Source: a virus (Duplodnaviria; Heunggongvirae; Uroviricota; Caudoviricetes). From it: a stretch of 16,518 nt of DNA. Of this stretch, positions 1 through 7,343 are shown in pieces. The position numbers and the translations under genes were made by a program. The DNA lies in IMG/VR virus record IMGVR_UViG_2526164609_000012. The stretch is one strand, 5' to 3'. The notes under the pieces are model-generated. The model did not search any database, was not told the DNA's origin, and saw nothing but the letters and a program-made list of their open reading frames with translations. Each line of letters starts with the position of its first letter. Within the stretch, counting starts at the first letter, position 1.

Positions 1-49
1 GATAAACATATCCAGGGCTACAGAAACCGATAAATCCTGATAAATATCC

Positions 50-583
50 ATGAACGCAAAAATCAGATACGGCCTGTCGGCTGCCGTTCTGGCGCTGATT
101 GCCGCTGGTGCGCCTGCGCCTGACATTCTCGACCAGTTTCTGGATGAAAAGGAAGGTAACCACACCACGGCATACCGTGATGGCGCGGGTATCTGGACCA
201 TCTGCCGCGGTGCCATCCTGGTGGATGGCAAACCTGTCGTTCCGGGCATGAAGTTGTCGAAGGAAAAATGCGACCAGGTTAACGCCATTGAACGTGATAA
301 GGCGCTGGCATGGGTGGAGAAAAACATCAAAGTGCCGCTGACCGAACCCCAGAAATCGGGGATCGCGTCATTCTGTCCGTACAACATTGGCCCCGGTAAG
401 TGTTTCAGCTCAACGTTTTACCGGAAACTGAACGCCGGAGACCGGAAAGGTGCATGTGCTGAAATTCGTCGCTGGATATATGACGGCGGCAGGGACTGTC
501 GGAACCGCTCAAATAACTGTTACGGGCAGGTATCGCGGCGTGACCAGGAGAGCGCGCTGGCGTGCTGGGGTATCGACAGGTAG
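50..583 (+). CDS. phage endolysin, lysozyme family, with N-terminal signal-anchor-release (SAR)-like hydrophobic segment
   Basis: 177-aa ORF, ATG at 50. N-terminal hydrophobic stretch (GLSAAVLALIAAGAPAP) followed by EGNHTTAYRDGAGIWTICRG, which resembles the catalytic Glu/Asp/Thr block of P21/T4-type phage lysozymes. Lies directly upstream of Rz/Rz1. Confidence 0.85.
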   Translation: MNAKIRYGLSAAVLALIAAGAPAPDILDQFLDEKEGNHTTAYRDGAGIWTICRGAILVDGKPVVPGMKLSKEKCDQVNAIERDKALAWVEKNIKVPLTEPQKSGIASFCPYNIGPGKCFSSTFYRKLNAGDRKGACAEIRRWIYDGGRDCRNRSNNCYGQVSRRDQESALACWGIDR

Positions 584-672
584 CAGAATATTTTGCTGAA
601 AAATGACGCTTGCTCACGCGGGCGGATAACACGAAGTCCTGTGAACTGGCAAAACCTAAGTGAATAAAAGTA

Positions 673-716
673 AAAACCCCGTTTGTTGGCAGCAAGCGGG
701 GTTTTGTGTTTTCTGA
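673..716. terminator. intrinsic-terminator-like hairpin between endolysin and Rz
   Basis: 9-bp stem AAAACCCCG (673-681) pairs with CGGGGTTTT (697-705), 15-nt loop, followed by GTGTTTTC. The A-run on the 5' side makes it look bidirectional. Confidence 0.4.
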
Positions 717-803
717 CCTTGAGTAAGGCAAGGGAGAAATTATGGTGAGGGAGGTGCTTTCCCTGTGAGGAAGTATAAAAGATTCTTTCTGAGGTTGTCC
801 ATT

Positions 804-917
804 ATGAAAGGCATTGAAGTGGAGACGCCAGCCAGTCTGGATTTAACAAGAGCGGCAGCTTTTGCCATTCGTATTGTGGCAATTGCTGTTCTGGTCTGGG
901 CAATCCGTTGGTGGTGA
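804..917 (+). CDS. small hydrophobic ORF (37 aa) between endolysin and Rz, function unknown
   Basis: ATG at 804 with GAGG 8 nt upstream; translation MKGIEVETPASLDLTRAAAFAIRIVAIAVLVWAIRWW has one predicted transmembrane segment. TGA at 915-917 lies 1 nt before the Rz ATG at 919. Too short for the ORF track; found by manual translation. Confidence 0.3.
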   Translation: MKGIEVETPASLDLTRAAAFAIRIVAIAVLVWAIRWW

Positions 918-918
918 T

Positions 919-1386
919 ATGAACCGTGTTCTGTGCGTGGTCATCATTGCCCTGCTGGTGGCCTGTGGTGCGCTTAGTCTGGGGCTGAATCATTACCGTG
1001 TTCACGCCATCATCTACAAAGAGCAGCGCGATAAAAAAGCCAGTGAGCTGGAGCTGGCGAACGCGACAATTACTGATATGCAGATACGCCAGCGTGATGT
1101 CGCTGCACTTGATGCCAGATACTCGAGGGAATTAGCCGATGCGAGAGCTGAAAATGAAACTCTGCGTGCTGATGTTGCCGCTGGTCGTAAGCGCCTGCGG
1201 ATCAACGCCACCTGCTCCGGTACCGTGCGTGAAGCCACCGGCACCTCCGGCGTGGATAATGCAACCGGCCCCCGACTGGCAGACACCGCTGAACGGGATT
1301 ATTTCATCCTCAGAGAACGGTTGATGACAATGCAGAAGCAGCTGGAAGGGGCACAGGACTATATCCGCACTCAGTGCCTGAACTAA
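919..1386 (+). CDS. Rz: Rz-like i-spanin (inner-membrane spanin subunit)
   Basis: Internal ATG at 919 of ORF 862-1386. N-terminal TM segment then coiled-coil sequence (HYRVHAIIYKEQRDKKASELELANATITDMQIRQRDVAALDARYSRELADA...ADTAERDYFILRERLMTMQKQLEG) closely resembling lambda Rz; contains an embedded +1-frame lipoprotein ORF. Confidence 0.85.
   Translation: MNRVLCVVIIALLVACGALSLGLNHYRVHAIIYKEQRDKKASELELANATITDMQIRQRDVAALDARYSRELADARAENETLRADVAAGRKRLRINATCSGTVREATGTSGVDNATGPRLADTAERDYFILRERLMTMQKQLEGAQDYIRTQCLN
1139..1324 (+). CDS. Rz1: Rz1-like o-spanin (outer-membrane lipoprotein) embedded in Rz
   Basis: 61-aa ORF wholly inside Rz in another frame: MRELKMKLCVLMLPLVVSACGSTPPAPVPCVKPPAPPAWIMQPAPDWQTPLNGIISSSENG. 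Lipobox-like VSAC and a proline-rich mature part as in lambda Rz1; AGGGA 8 nt upstream. Start could instead be the ATG at 1154. Confidence 0.8.
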   Translation: MRELKMKLCVLMLPLVVSACGSTPPAPVPCVKPPAPPAWIMQPAPDWQTPLNGIISSSENG

Positions 1387-1724
1387 GTTTTGCTGATGCG
1401 CCGTATCGTCGCTGTATTCCCTCATTAACAGAGACCGCAGCCCGACAGGGAGACTCCTCTGCGCGAGTGTGCGGGGATAATCAAAAACGATACACACCGG
1501 GGTTTACCGCGTTAACGGAGCGCGGCGTTGTCCCCTCATAGTCGCCAGTCCGGTGCGATGGTGGAAGAAACAGGACGATGTGTTACCTCGCAAGCCCTGT
1601 TATGTCATGTGTCTGATTTGTGATTTAAGTCGGATAATTGTCGTTGCCATTAAGCAGAGGATTGATGACCGACAGGGCGGCATTGTTAGAATAAGACTTA
1701 TTTTTATCTGTGCGGGGAATGAAA

Positions 1725-2051
1725 ATGAAAAGAAATCTTCCGTTAATTATTTTGTTGTCTTCTCTGGTTATGGGCTGTACGCAACATAAAACAGATATGC
1801 CCCGACAGTTGGTTAAGGCATTACCACAATATCCGGCCTATGCAGCGGCAAATTATATAAAGGGACGGGTTGATGTGAGGTTTGATATTGGTGCTGATGG
1901 TACTGTCACCCGAATTGAGTTTATTCGTTCAGAGCCGCACCATCTGTTTGATGAGCAGGTTGTAAAGGCGATGGCAAAATGGCGATTTGAGAAGGACAGG
2001 CCGTGTAAAGGCGTGAAGAAAACGTTTATCTTTAGTCCTTCCGCACCCTGA
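1725..2051 (+). CDS. moron lipoprotein with TonB C-terminal-domain-like fold
   Basis: ATG at 1725 with GGGGA 6 nt upstream (ORF track starts at GTG 1710). Signal peptide MKRNLPLIILLSSLVMGC with lipobox-like VMGC. C-terminal part (PAYAAANYIKGRVDVRFDIGADGTVTRIEFIRSEPHHLFDEQVVKAMAKWRFEKDRP) aligns by eye with the E. coli TonB C-terminal domain signature (G.V.V.FD...DG.V...P...F...V..AM..WR.E). AT-richer than flanking phage genes. Confidence 0.7.
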   Translation: MKRNLPLIILLSSLVMGCTQHKTDMPRQLVKALPQYPAYAAANYIKGRVDVRFDIGADGTVTRIEFIRSEPHHLFDEQVVKAMAKWRFEKDRPCKGVKKTFIFSPSAP

Positions 2052-2182
2052 TTATTTCATCAGAAATTAATTATCACTCTGTTGTTATTCTGTACATCCC
2101 GGCAGGGTAAGTCTTGTTCCGTCGGATATGAAGATGAAATATTGTTGGAGGACAGTGGGTACCTGCTCCTGTAACCGAACGT

Positions 2183-2383
2183 TCATTTCTCGTTATTTGT
2201 CATGCTGGCCGGGCGCAGATGCGTTGCATCTGTTGCCAGCCTTCTCCTGCAGGCTTCAATAACCCACGCTGAAAAGTTACCGGACCCTTTATGCTCAAGG
2301 GCGATGTTGATCTGTTCAATCATGTGATTGGGGAAACGGATATTGCGGGTTGTGGTTCTGCGGGTACGGTTTTTCGATGACAT
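2183..2383 (-). CDS. small putative ribbon-helix-helix DNA-binding protein
   Basis: Minus-strand ORF trimmed to internal ATG at 2383, which has AAAGGAAAT upstream: MSSKNRTRRTTTRNIRFPNHMIEQINIALEHKGSGNFSAWVIEACRRRLATD... Basic N-terminus, a short beta-like segment (RNIRFP) and two helices fit an RHH pattern. Divergent from the HNH gene. I think it resembles small enterobacterial prophage proteins but cannot confirm the family. Confidence 0.5.
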   Translation of the reverse strand: MSSKNRTRRTTTRNIRFPNHMIEQINIALEHKGSGNFSAWVIEACRRRLATDATHLRPASMTNNEK

Positions 2384-2424
2384 ATTTATTTCCTTTACTG
2401 ATTGCCATATGACGGGGATTTTAC

Positions 2425-2790
2425 ATGGCTGAGCTTCGTACACTCCAGAGCAGAATCAAAACACTGAATACCCGACGGGTGAATATTCTGAAGGGTGAAC
2501 AGCGTCGTGTCAGTGGCAGTGCACGTGTTTCCCTCAAGCGTCATATCTGGCTCAGGGACGCCGGGCAGTGCCGTCTCTGTGGTCGTGTGGTTGACCTCTG
2601 TGACAGTGAACTCGATCACCGAATTGCACTTCAGTTCGGTGGTGGTAATGAGGAGACGAATCTCTGGACGCTCTGTACCGAATGCCATCGACAAAAGTCT
2701 GCTCGTGAAGCGGCGAGTGATATGCCGGACCCGACGCTGCCGGAGGTGTCCGGAGGTAGTGGCAGAGAGGACGACATCATCGGACTGTAA
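2425..2790 (+). CDS. HNH endonuclease, packaging-associated
   Basis: 121-aa ORF with Cys pairs and HNH motif (CRLCGRVVDLCDSELDHRIALQFGG...NLWTLCTECHRQKS); GGGGA RBS. Sits immediately upstream of a cos-like repeat region and the terminase small subunit, the usual place for terminase-associated HNH proteins in HK97-like phages. Confidence 0.85.
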   Translation: MAELRTLQSRIKTLNTRRVNILKGEQRRVSGSARVSLKRHIWLRDAGQCRLCGRVVDLCDSELDHRIALQFGGGNEETNLWTLCTECHRQKSAREAASDMPDPTLPEVSGGSGREDDIIGL

Positions 2791-2879
2791 CCCGACCCCG
2801 GGGGGTATCATCCGGCGTAAAAAACGATCGCTTTGGACACCGCGCCCCCTCTCACGCAGAGAAAAAATTCCCGTTTCAG

Positions 2880-3006
2880 GCCAGTTAACATGTTAACTGG
2901 CTGTCCGGGCATTTTTGCGGTTTTTATCTTTATTATTCAGTTTGTTGTGCGAAAAAAAATGTTAACTGGCTTTTTCAGAAAATGTTAACCAGGCAGCAGT
3001 TAACAT
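2880..3006. repeat. cluster of GTTAAC-centred motifs including a perfect 22-bp palindrome; candidate cos / terminase recognition region
   Basis: Perfect palindrome GCCAGTTAACATGTTAACTGGC at 2880-2901; ATGTTAACTGGC again at 2959-2970; ATGTTAAC at 2982-2989 and its inverse GTTAACAT at 2999-3006, separated by CAGGCAGCA. An A/T tract (2911-2958) lies between. All within the non-coding gap between HNH and the terminase small subunit. Confidence 0.45.
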
Positions 3007-3080
3007 TTGCGGCATGAGACGCCGGGAAAAATGGGCTGAACCATACCCGGCTGAGTGCGTTCTGGACCCGGGAGGAGGCT

Positions 3081-3641
3081 GTGCTGACAACGCAAAAACG
3101 AAAATTTGCGCTGGCGCTCATGTCCGGGAAAAACAAAACAGCGTCAGCCATTGCCGCCGGTTATTCGGCGAAGACCGCCAGGGTTAAAGGCTCGCAGCTG
3201 GCAAAAGATCCGGAGGTGCTCGCGTTTATAGCCCGTAAACAGTGCGAAACGGTGGAGGTGGATGAGGTTCCTGTTTACCGGCAGAAAAAATCAGAGCAGG
3301 AGGATAAACCCCGTCGCCGTGAGGCGGCTGCAATACCACAGCCGGACGAAAACAATCCGGAGATGCCACCGCCCGCGGTGATGTCTCATGGTATTGAATA
3401 TATGGAGGATGGTCTTCCCGATCCGGTGAAAGCTATGGGGCAGATCCTGGTGGAAAACCTCAGCATTGATCCGAAACTGGCACTGGATGCGGCCTGGCGA
3501 CTGGCGCAGTTCACACACCATAAAAAAGGCGATGCCGGTAAAAAATCGGCAAAAGGTGATGCCGCGAAAAAAGCGGCTAACCGTTTTGCGGTACCACCAC
3601 CACGACTGGTGGTGAATAACGATAATGAGGGCAACGGATGA
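3081..3641 (+). CDS. terminase small subunit
   Basis: 186-aa ORF, GTG start at 3081 preceded by GGAGGAGG. N-terminal HTH-like segment (KRKFALALMSGKNKTASAIAAGYSAKTARVKGSQLAKDPEVLAFI) typical of small terminase subunits; stop overlaps the large-subunit start (ATGA at 3638-3641). Confidence 0.8.
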   Translation: MLTTQKRKFALALMSGKNKTASAIAAGYSAKTARVKGSQLAKDPEVLAFIARKQCETVEVDEVPVYRQKKSEQEDKPRRREAAAIPQPDENNPEMPPPAVMSHGIEYMEDGLPDPVKAMGQILVENLSIDPKLALDAAWRLAQFTHHKKGDAGKKSAKGDAAKKAANRFAVPPPRLVVNNDNEGNG

Positions 3642-5299
3642 TACCTGTATGGAGCACGGCCTGCCCGGACTGGGCAGAGCGCCTGAAAAAGGGGCTGTCG
3701 ATTATTCCGGCTCCGATTTATCCGGACCAGGCCGCACATGCCCTGGCGATTTTTAAACAACTGCGGATTGTGGATGCACCGGGTAGCCCGACGTTCGGGG
3801 AGTCCTGTGCACAGTGGGTGTTTGACCTGGTGGCGGCTCTGTTTGGCTCCTACGATGCGCAGACCGGTGTCCGCCATATCAAGGAAGTGTTCATTCTGAT
3901 ACCCAAAAAAAACAGCAAGTCCACACTGGCCGCCGGGATCATGATGACGGCGCTGTTACTGAACTGGCGGCAGGCGGCGGGTTACACGATTCTGGCCCCG
4001 ACTGTGGAGGTGGCAGCCAACGCCTTCAATCCTGCCAGGGATATGGTACGACGGGACGATGATCTGGATGACCTCTGTCAGGTGCAGACACATATCCGGA
4101 CCATCACCCACCGGGTGACGGACACCACCCTGAAGGTGGTGGCAGCCGATCCGAATACGGTGTCCGGTATCAAGTCCGTGGGGACGCTGATTGATGAGTT
4201 GTGGCTGTTTGGCAAGCAGTACAAGGCGGAGGACATGTTACGTGAAGCCATCGGCGGGCTTGCCTCCCGCCCGGAAGGGTTTGTGGTGTATACGACCACC
4301 CAGTCGAATGAACCGCCCGCCGGGGTGTTCAGACAAAAACTGCAGTACGCCCGGGATGTGCGCGACGGCAAAATTAATGATCCGCACTTTCTGCCGGTGA
4401 TATTTGAACACCCTCCTGAAATGGTGGAAAGCGGGGCTCACCTGCTGATGGAAAACCTCGCCATGGTCATTCCGAATCTCGGCTATTCAGTGGATGAGGC
4501 CTTTCTGTACCGGGAGTACCGTAAAGCCCGGGAAGCCGGTGAAGAGACATTCCGGGGGTTCATGTCAAAACACGCCAATGTGGAAATTGGTCTTGCCCTG
4601 CGCTCTGACCGCTGGGCGGGGGCTGATTTCTGGGAAGAGCAGGGCCGTTGTATCAACCTGGACGATATCCTGCGTCGTGTTGATGTGGTGACGGTGGGGA
4701 TTGACGGCGGAGGGCTGGATGATCTGCTGGGGATGTATGTGATTGGGCGTGACCGGGAGACCCGCGAATGGCTGGGCTGGGGCCATGCCTGGGCGCATGA
4801 AACCGCGGTGGTCCGACGGAAGAGCGAGGCGTCCCGGTTTCATGATCTTGTTGCCTGTGGAGATATGACCATTGTCCGGCGTGTCGGGGATGACACGGCG
4901 GAAGTGGCGGAATATGTGCGTCGCATTCATGAGGCTGAGTTACTGGACCATATCGGTATTGACCCGTCAGGGGTGGGGCAGATTCTGGATTCACTGGCGG
5001 AAGCCGGGATCCCCGACGGAATTGTGGTGGGGATAAGCCAGGGCTGGAAACTGGGCGGGGCCATTAAAACCACCGAGCGCAAACTGGCTGAAGGGGTGCT
5101 GGTGCATGGTGACCAGCCCCTGATGGCCTGGTGTGTCGGCAATGCCCGGGTGGAGCCTAAAGGTAACGCCATTCTTATCACCAAACAGGCCAGTAGACGG
5201 GGAAAAATTGACCCGCTGATGGCGCTGTTCAATGCGGTCTCCCTGATGTCCCTTAACCCGGAACCGAAAAAGAAAGAATATGCGGTTTTTTTCATATAA
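3638..5299 (+). CDS. terminase large subunit
   Basis: 553-aa ORF. ATPase P-loop-like segment (FILIPKKNSKSTLAAGIMMTALLL) and a C-terminal nuclease-like region (VTVGIDGGGLDDLLGMYVIGRD); size and position after the small subunit fit. Confidence 0.9.
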   Translation: MIPVWSTACPDWAERLKKGLSIIPAPIYPDQAAHALAIFKQLRIVDAPGSPTFGESCAQWVFDLVAALFGSYDAQTGVRHIKEVFILIPKKNSKSTLAAGIMMTALLLNWRQAAGYTILAPTVEVAANAFNPARDMVRRDDDLDDLCQVQTHIRTITHRVTDTTLKVVAADPNTVSGIKSVGTLIDELWLFGKQYKAEDMLREAIGGLASRPEGFVVYTTTQSNEPPAGVFRQKLQYARDVRDGKINDPHFLPVIFEHPPEMVESGAHLLMENLAMVIPNLGYSVDEAFLYREYRKAREAGEETFRGFMSKHANVEIGLALRSDRWAGADFWEEQGRCINLDDILRRVDVVTVGIDGGGLDDLLGMYVIGRDRETREWLGWGHAWAHETAVVRRKSEASRFHDLVACGDMTIVRRVGDDTAEVAEYVRRIHEAELLDHIGIDPSGVGQILDSLAEAGIPDGIVVGISQGWKLGGAIKTTERKLAEGVLVHGDQPLMAWCVGNARVEPKGNAILITKQASRRGKIDPLMALFNAVSLMSLNPEPKKKEYAVFFI

Positions 5300-5324
5300 C
5301 CCTGTTCACACTGTAACCATCACG

Positions 5325-5350
5325 AACCGCTCCGGCGGTTTTTTTATTTT
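5325..5350 (+). terminator. terminator/attenuator-like hairpin after the terminase large subunit
   Basis: Stem AACCGC (5325-5330), loop TCCG, stem GCGGTT (5335-5340), then TTTTTATTTT; followed at once by the AGGAGG RBS of the protease. A near-identical hairpin recurs at 13659-13680. Confidence 0.4.
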
Positions 5351-5362
5351 CAGGAGGCTGAT

Positions 5363-5937
5363 GTGACTCTTAAACGGGCCTGTTCCCTGCTGACGGTGAA
5401 ATCCTTCAGTGAGGATGAACGGGTGATCACCGGGATTGCGTCAACGCCTTCTCCGGATCGGGATGGTGACATCCTGGAGCCGGAGGGCGCGGAGTTTGGC
5501 AGTGCGATCCCGTTTCTCTGGCAGCATGACCATTCCCGCCCGGTGGGGCAGTGTACGGTGCGCCGGGTCAGCGAAGGGCTGGAAATCACGGCAACACTGG
5601 TGAAGCCCGTACCGGATATGCCGTCGCAACTGGCTGCCCGGCTGGATGAGGTCTGGGCGGCCATTAAGACCGGGCTGGTCAGGGGCTGTCCGTGGGCTTC
5701 CGTCCCCATGAATACACCTTTCTGGACGGAGGCGGACTGCATTTTCTGCGCTGGGAACTGATGGAGGTGTCTGCCGTCACCGTGCCCGCGAATGCGGAAT
5801 GCACCATCCGGACCATTAAATCTTACGACAGCCCGTTTTCTGCCGCGTCCGGCAACCGGAAACCGGTGGTGAAAATCGCATCTTCTGCCGGCGCTGCGGC
5901 ACAGTCAACAACCGTTTTTCATAAGGAAAAGACCATA
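5363..5937 (+). pseudogene. HK97-family prohead protease, frameshifted and in frame with the capsid gene
   Basis: GTG start at 5363 with AGGAGG RBS. N-terminal part (ITGIASTPSPDRDGDILEPEGAEFGSAIPFLWQHDHSRPVGQ) matches prohead protease, but this frame stops at 5759-5761. The conserved GLSVGF...EVSAVTVPANAECTI part is in another frame, open from 5668. One extra G in the GGGG run at 5682-5685 would join the two. The second frame has no stop before the capsid gene. Confidence 0.7.
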
Positions 5938-7299
5938 ATGAATATTGGCGAACAGATTAAAAGTTTTGAAAACAAGCGTGTAGCGCTGGCAGCCTCCCTT
6001 GAGGAGGTCATGACCAAAGCCGCAGAGGAAGGGCGCACGCTGGATGTGGAGGAGGAAGAGCATTACGACAACACCGCAGCGGAAATCCGTCAGGTGGATG
6101 CGCACCTGAAGCGCCTGCGTGAACTGGAAGCCGGTAAGGCCGCCACGGCGCAGCCGGTGAAACAGGCCGGTAACGGGAATGTGGCCGCGGTGGCTTCTGC
6201 GCCGGTGATCCGTGTGGAGCAGAAACTGGATAAGGGGATTGGCTTCGCCCGCTTTGCCAAATCGCTGGCTGCGGCTAAAGGCGTCCGATCTGAAGCCCTG
6301 GAAGTGGCCCGTCGTCAGTATCCGGATGACAGTCGTCTGCATCATGTCCTGAAATCGGCAGTGGGCGCGGGGACCACCACGGATCCGCAGTGGGCAGGCA
6401 GCCTGTCTGAATATCAGGAATACGCACAGGACTTTATTGATTACCTGCGTCCGCAGACCATTATCGGGCGATTTGGTCAGGGCGGGATCCCTGCACTTCG
6501 TCAGGTGCCGTTCAATATCCGTGTGCACGCCCAGGTGTCCGGCGGTGCTGCCGGCTGGGTGGGTGAGGGTAAGGCAAAACCCCTGACGAAGTTTGATTTT
6601 GAATCCATCACCTTCAGTCATGCGAAGGTGTCGGCCATTGCGGTACTGACGGAAGAGCTGATCCGTTTTTCCAGTCCGGCAGCTGATGCGCTGGTCCGTA
6701 ATGCGCTGGCAGAAGCGGTGGTGGCGCGTCTGGACACAGACTTTGTGGACCCGAAAAAAGCCGCAGTGGCAGATGTCTCCCCGGCGTCCATCACCCATGA
6801 TGTGAAGGGCAAGGCATCAACCGGTAACCCGGATGCGGATGCAGAGGCGGCGTTTGGACAGTTTGTGGCAGCAAACCTGCAGCCCACCGGTGCGGTCTGG
6901 CTGATGTCCAGCACCAATGCCCTGGCGCTGTCCATGCGTAAAAATACGCTGGGTCAGAAGGAATACCCGGACATGACCCTGCTGGGGGGGACCTTCCAGG
7001 GGCTGCCGGTGATTGTCTCCCAGTACGTGGGTGACCAGCTGGTGCTGGTGAATGCCCCGGATATTTATCTGGCGGATGACGGCGGCGTGGCAGTGGATAT
7101 GTCCCGCGAGGCATCACTGGAAATGCAGTCTGAGCCGACCGGCGACAGTACCACGCCGTCGCCGGTGGAGCTGGTTTCCATGTTCCAGACAGGCAGTGTG
7201 GCCATCCGTGCGGAGCGCTGGATCAACTGGCGTCGTCGCCGTACCGCGGCGGTGGCGGTGATCACCGGTGTGAACTACGGCAGTGCGTCCGGCGGCTGA
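5938..7299 (+). CDS. major capsid protein, HK97 fold, with N-terminal coiled-coil delta/scaffold-like domain
   Basis: ATG at 5938 with AAGGA about 10 nt upstream. N-terminus (MNIGEQIKSFENKRVALAASLEEVMTKAAEEGRTLDVEEEEHYDNTAAEIRQVDAHLKRLRELEAGK) is coiled-coil-like as in HK97 delta domains; the rest has capsid-like size and composition. Same frame as the upstream protease C-terminus with no intervening stop. Confidence 0.85.
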   Translation: MNIGEQIKSFENKRVALAASLEEVMTKAAEEGRTLDVEEEEHYDNTAAEIRQVDAHLKRLRELEAGKAATAQPVKQAGNGNVAAVASAPVIRVEQKLDKGIGFARFAKSLAAAKGVRSEALEVARRQYPDDSRLHHVLKSAVGAGTTTDPQWAGSLSEYQEYAQDFIDYLRPQTIIGRFGQGGIPALRQVPFNIRVHAQVSGGAAGWVGEGKAKPLTKFDFESITFSHAKVSAIAVLTEELIRFSSPAADALVRNALAEAVVARLDTDFVDPKKAAVADVSPASITHDVKGKASTGNPDADAEAAFGQFVAANLQPTGAVWLMSSTNALALSMRKNTLGQKEYPDMTLLGGTFQGLPVIVSQYVGDQLVLVNAPDIYLADDGGVAVDMSREASLEMQSEPTGDSTTPSPVELVSMFQTGSVAIRAERWINWRRRRTAAVAVITGVNYGSASGG

Positions 7300-7343
7300 G
7301 TCTGATAAGGAGGACGGGAGGCGAGCGCCTCCCGTAACAGGTT

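Noticed and set aside
405-731. 108-aa minus-strand ORF over the endolysin 3' end
   Set aside because: Antisense to a well-supported lysozyme ORF; no motif or RBS.
1553-1789. 78-aa plus-strand ORF upstream of and overlapping the lipoprotein gene
   Set aside because: No RBS, no recognisable product, overlaps the better-supported lipoprotein start; probably non-coding.
2395-2896. ORFs 2395-2811 (minus) and 2495-2896 (plus) overlapping the HNH gene
   Set aside because: Alternative frames of the HNH gene; only the 2425-2790 frame carries the HNH and Cys motifs and an RBS.
2880-3006. Possible CRISPR array
   Set aside because: Only a few short motifs with irregular spacing, partly palindromic and inverted; no repeat-spacer periodicity and no cas genes. 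Fits a protein-binding or cos region.
4078-5295. Several 65-122-aa ORFs on both strands inside the large terminase gene
   Set aside because: Nested in or antisense to a conserved 553-aa gene; Pro/Arg-rich products typical of GC-rich off-frame ORFs.
5682-5685. Protease frameshift as a programmed recoding event
   Set aside because: No X_XXY_YYZ slippery heptamer at the site and no known precedent for recoding in prohead proteases; a homopolymer indel or sequencing error is more economical, though I cannot exclude recoding.
5905-6798. 297-aa minus-strand ORF
   Set aside because: Antisense to the major capsid gene in GC-rich DNA; Arg/His/Cys-rich composition typical of spurious antisense frames.
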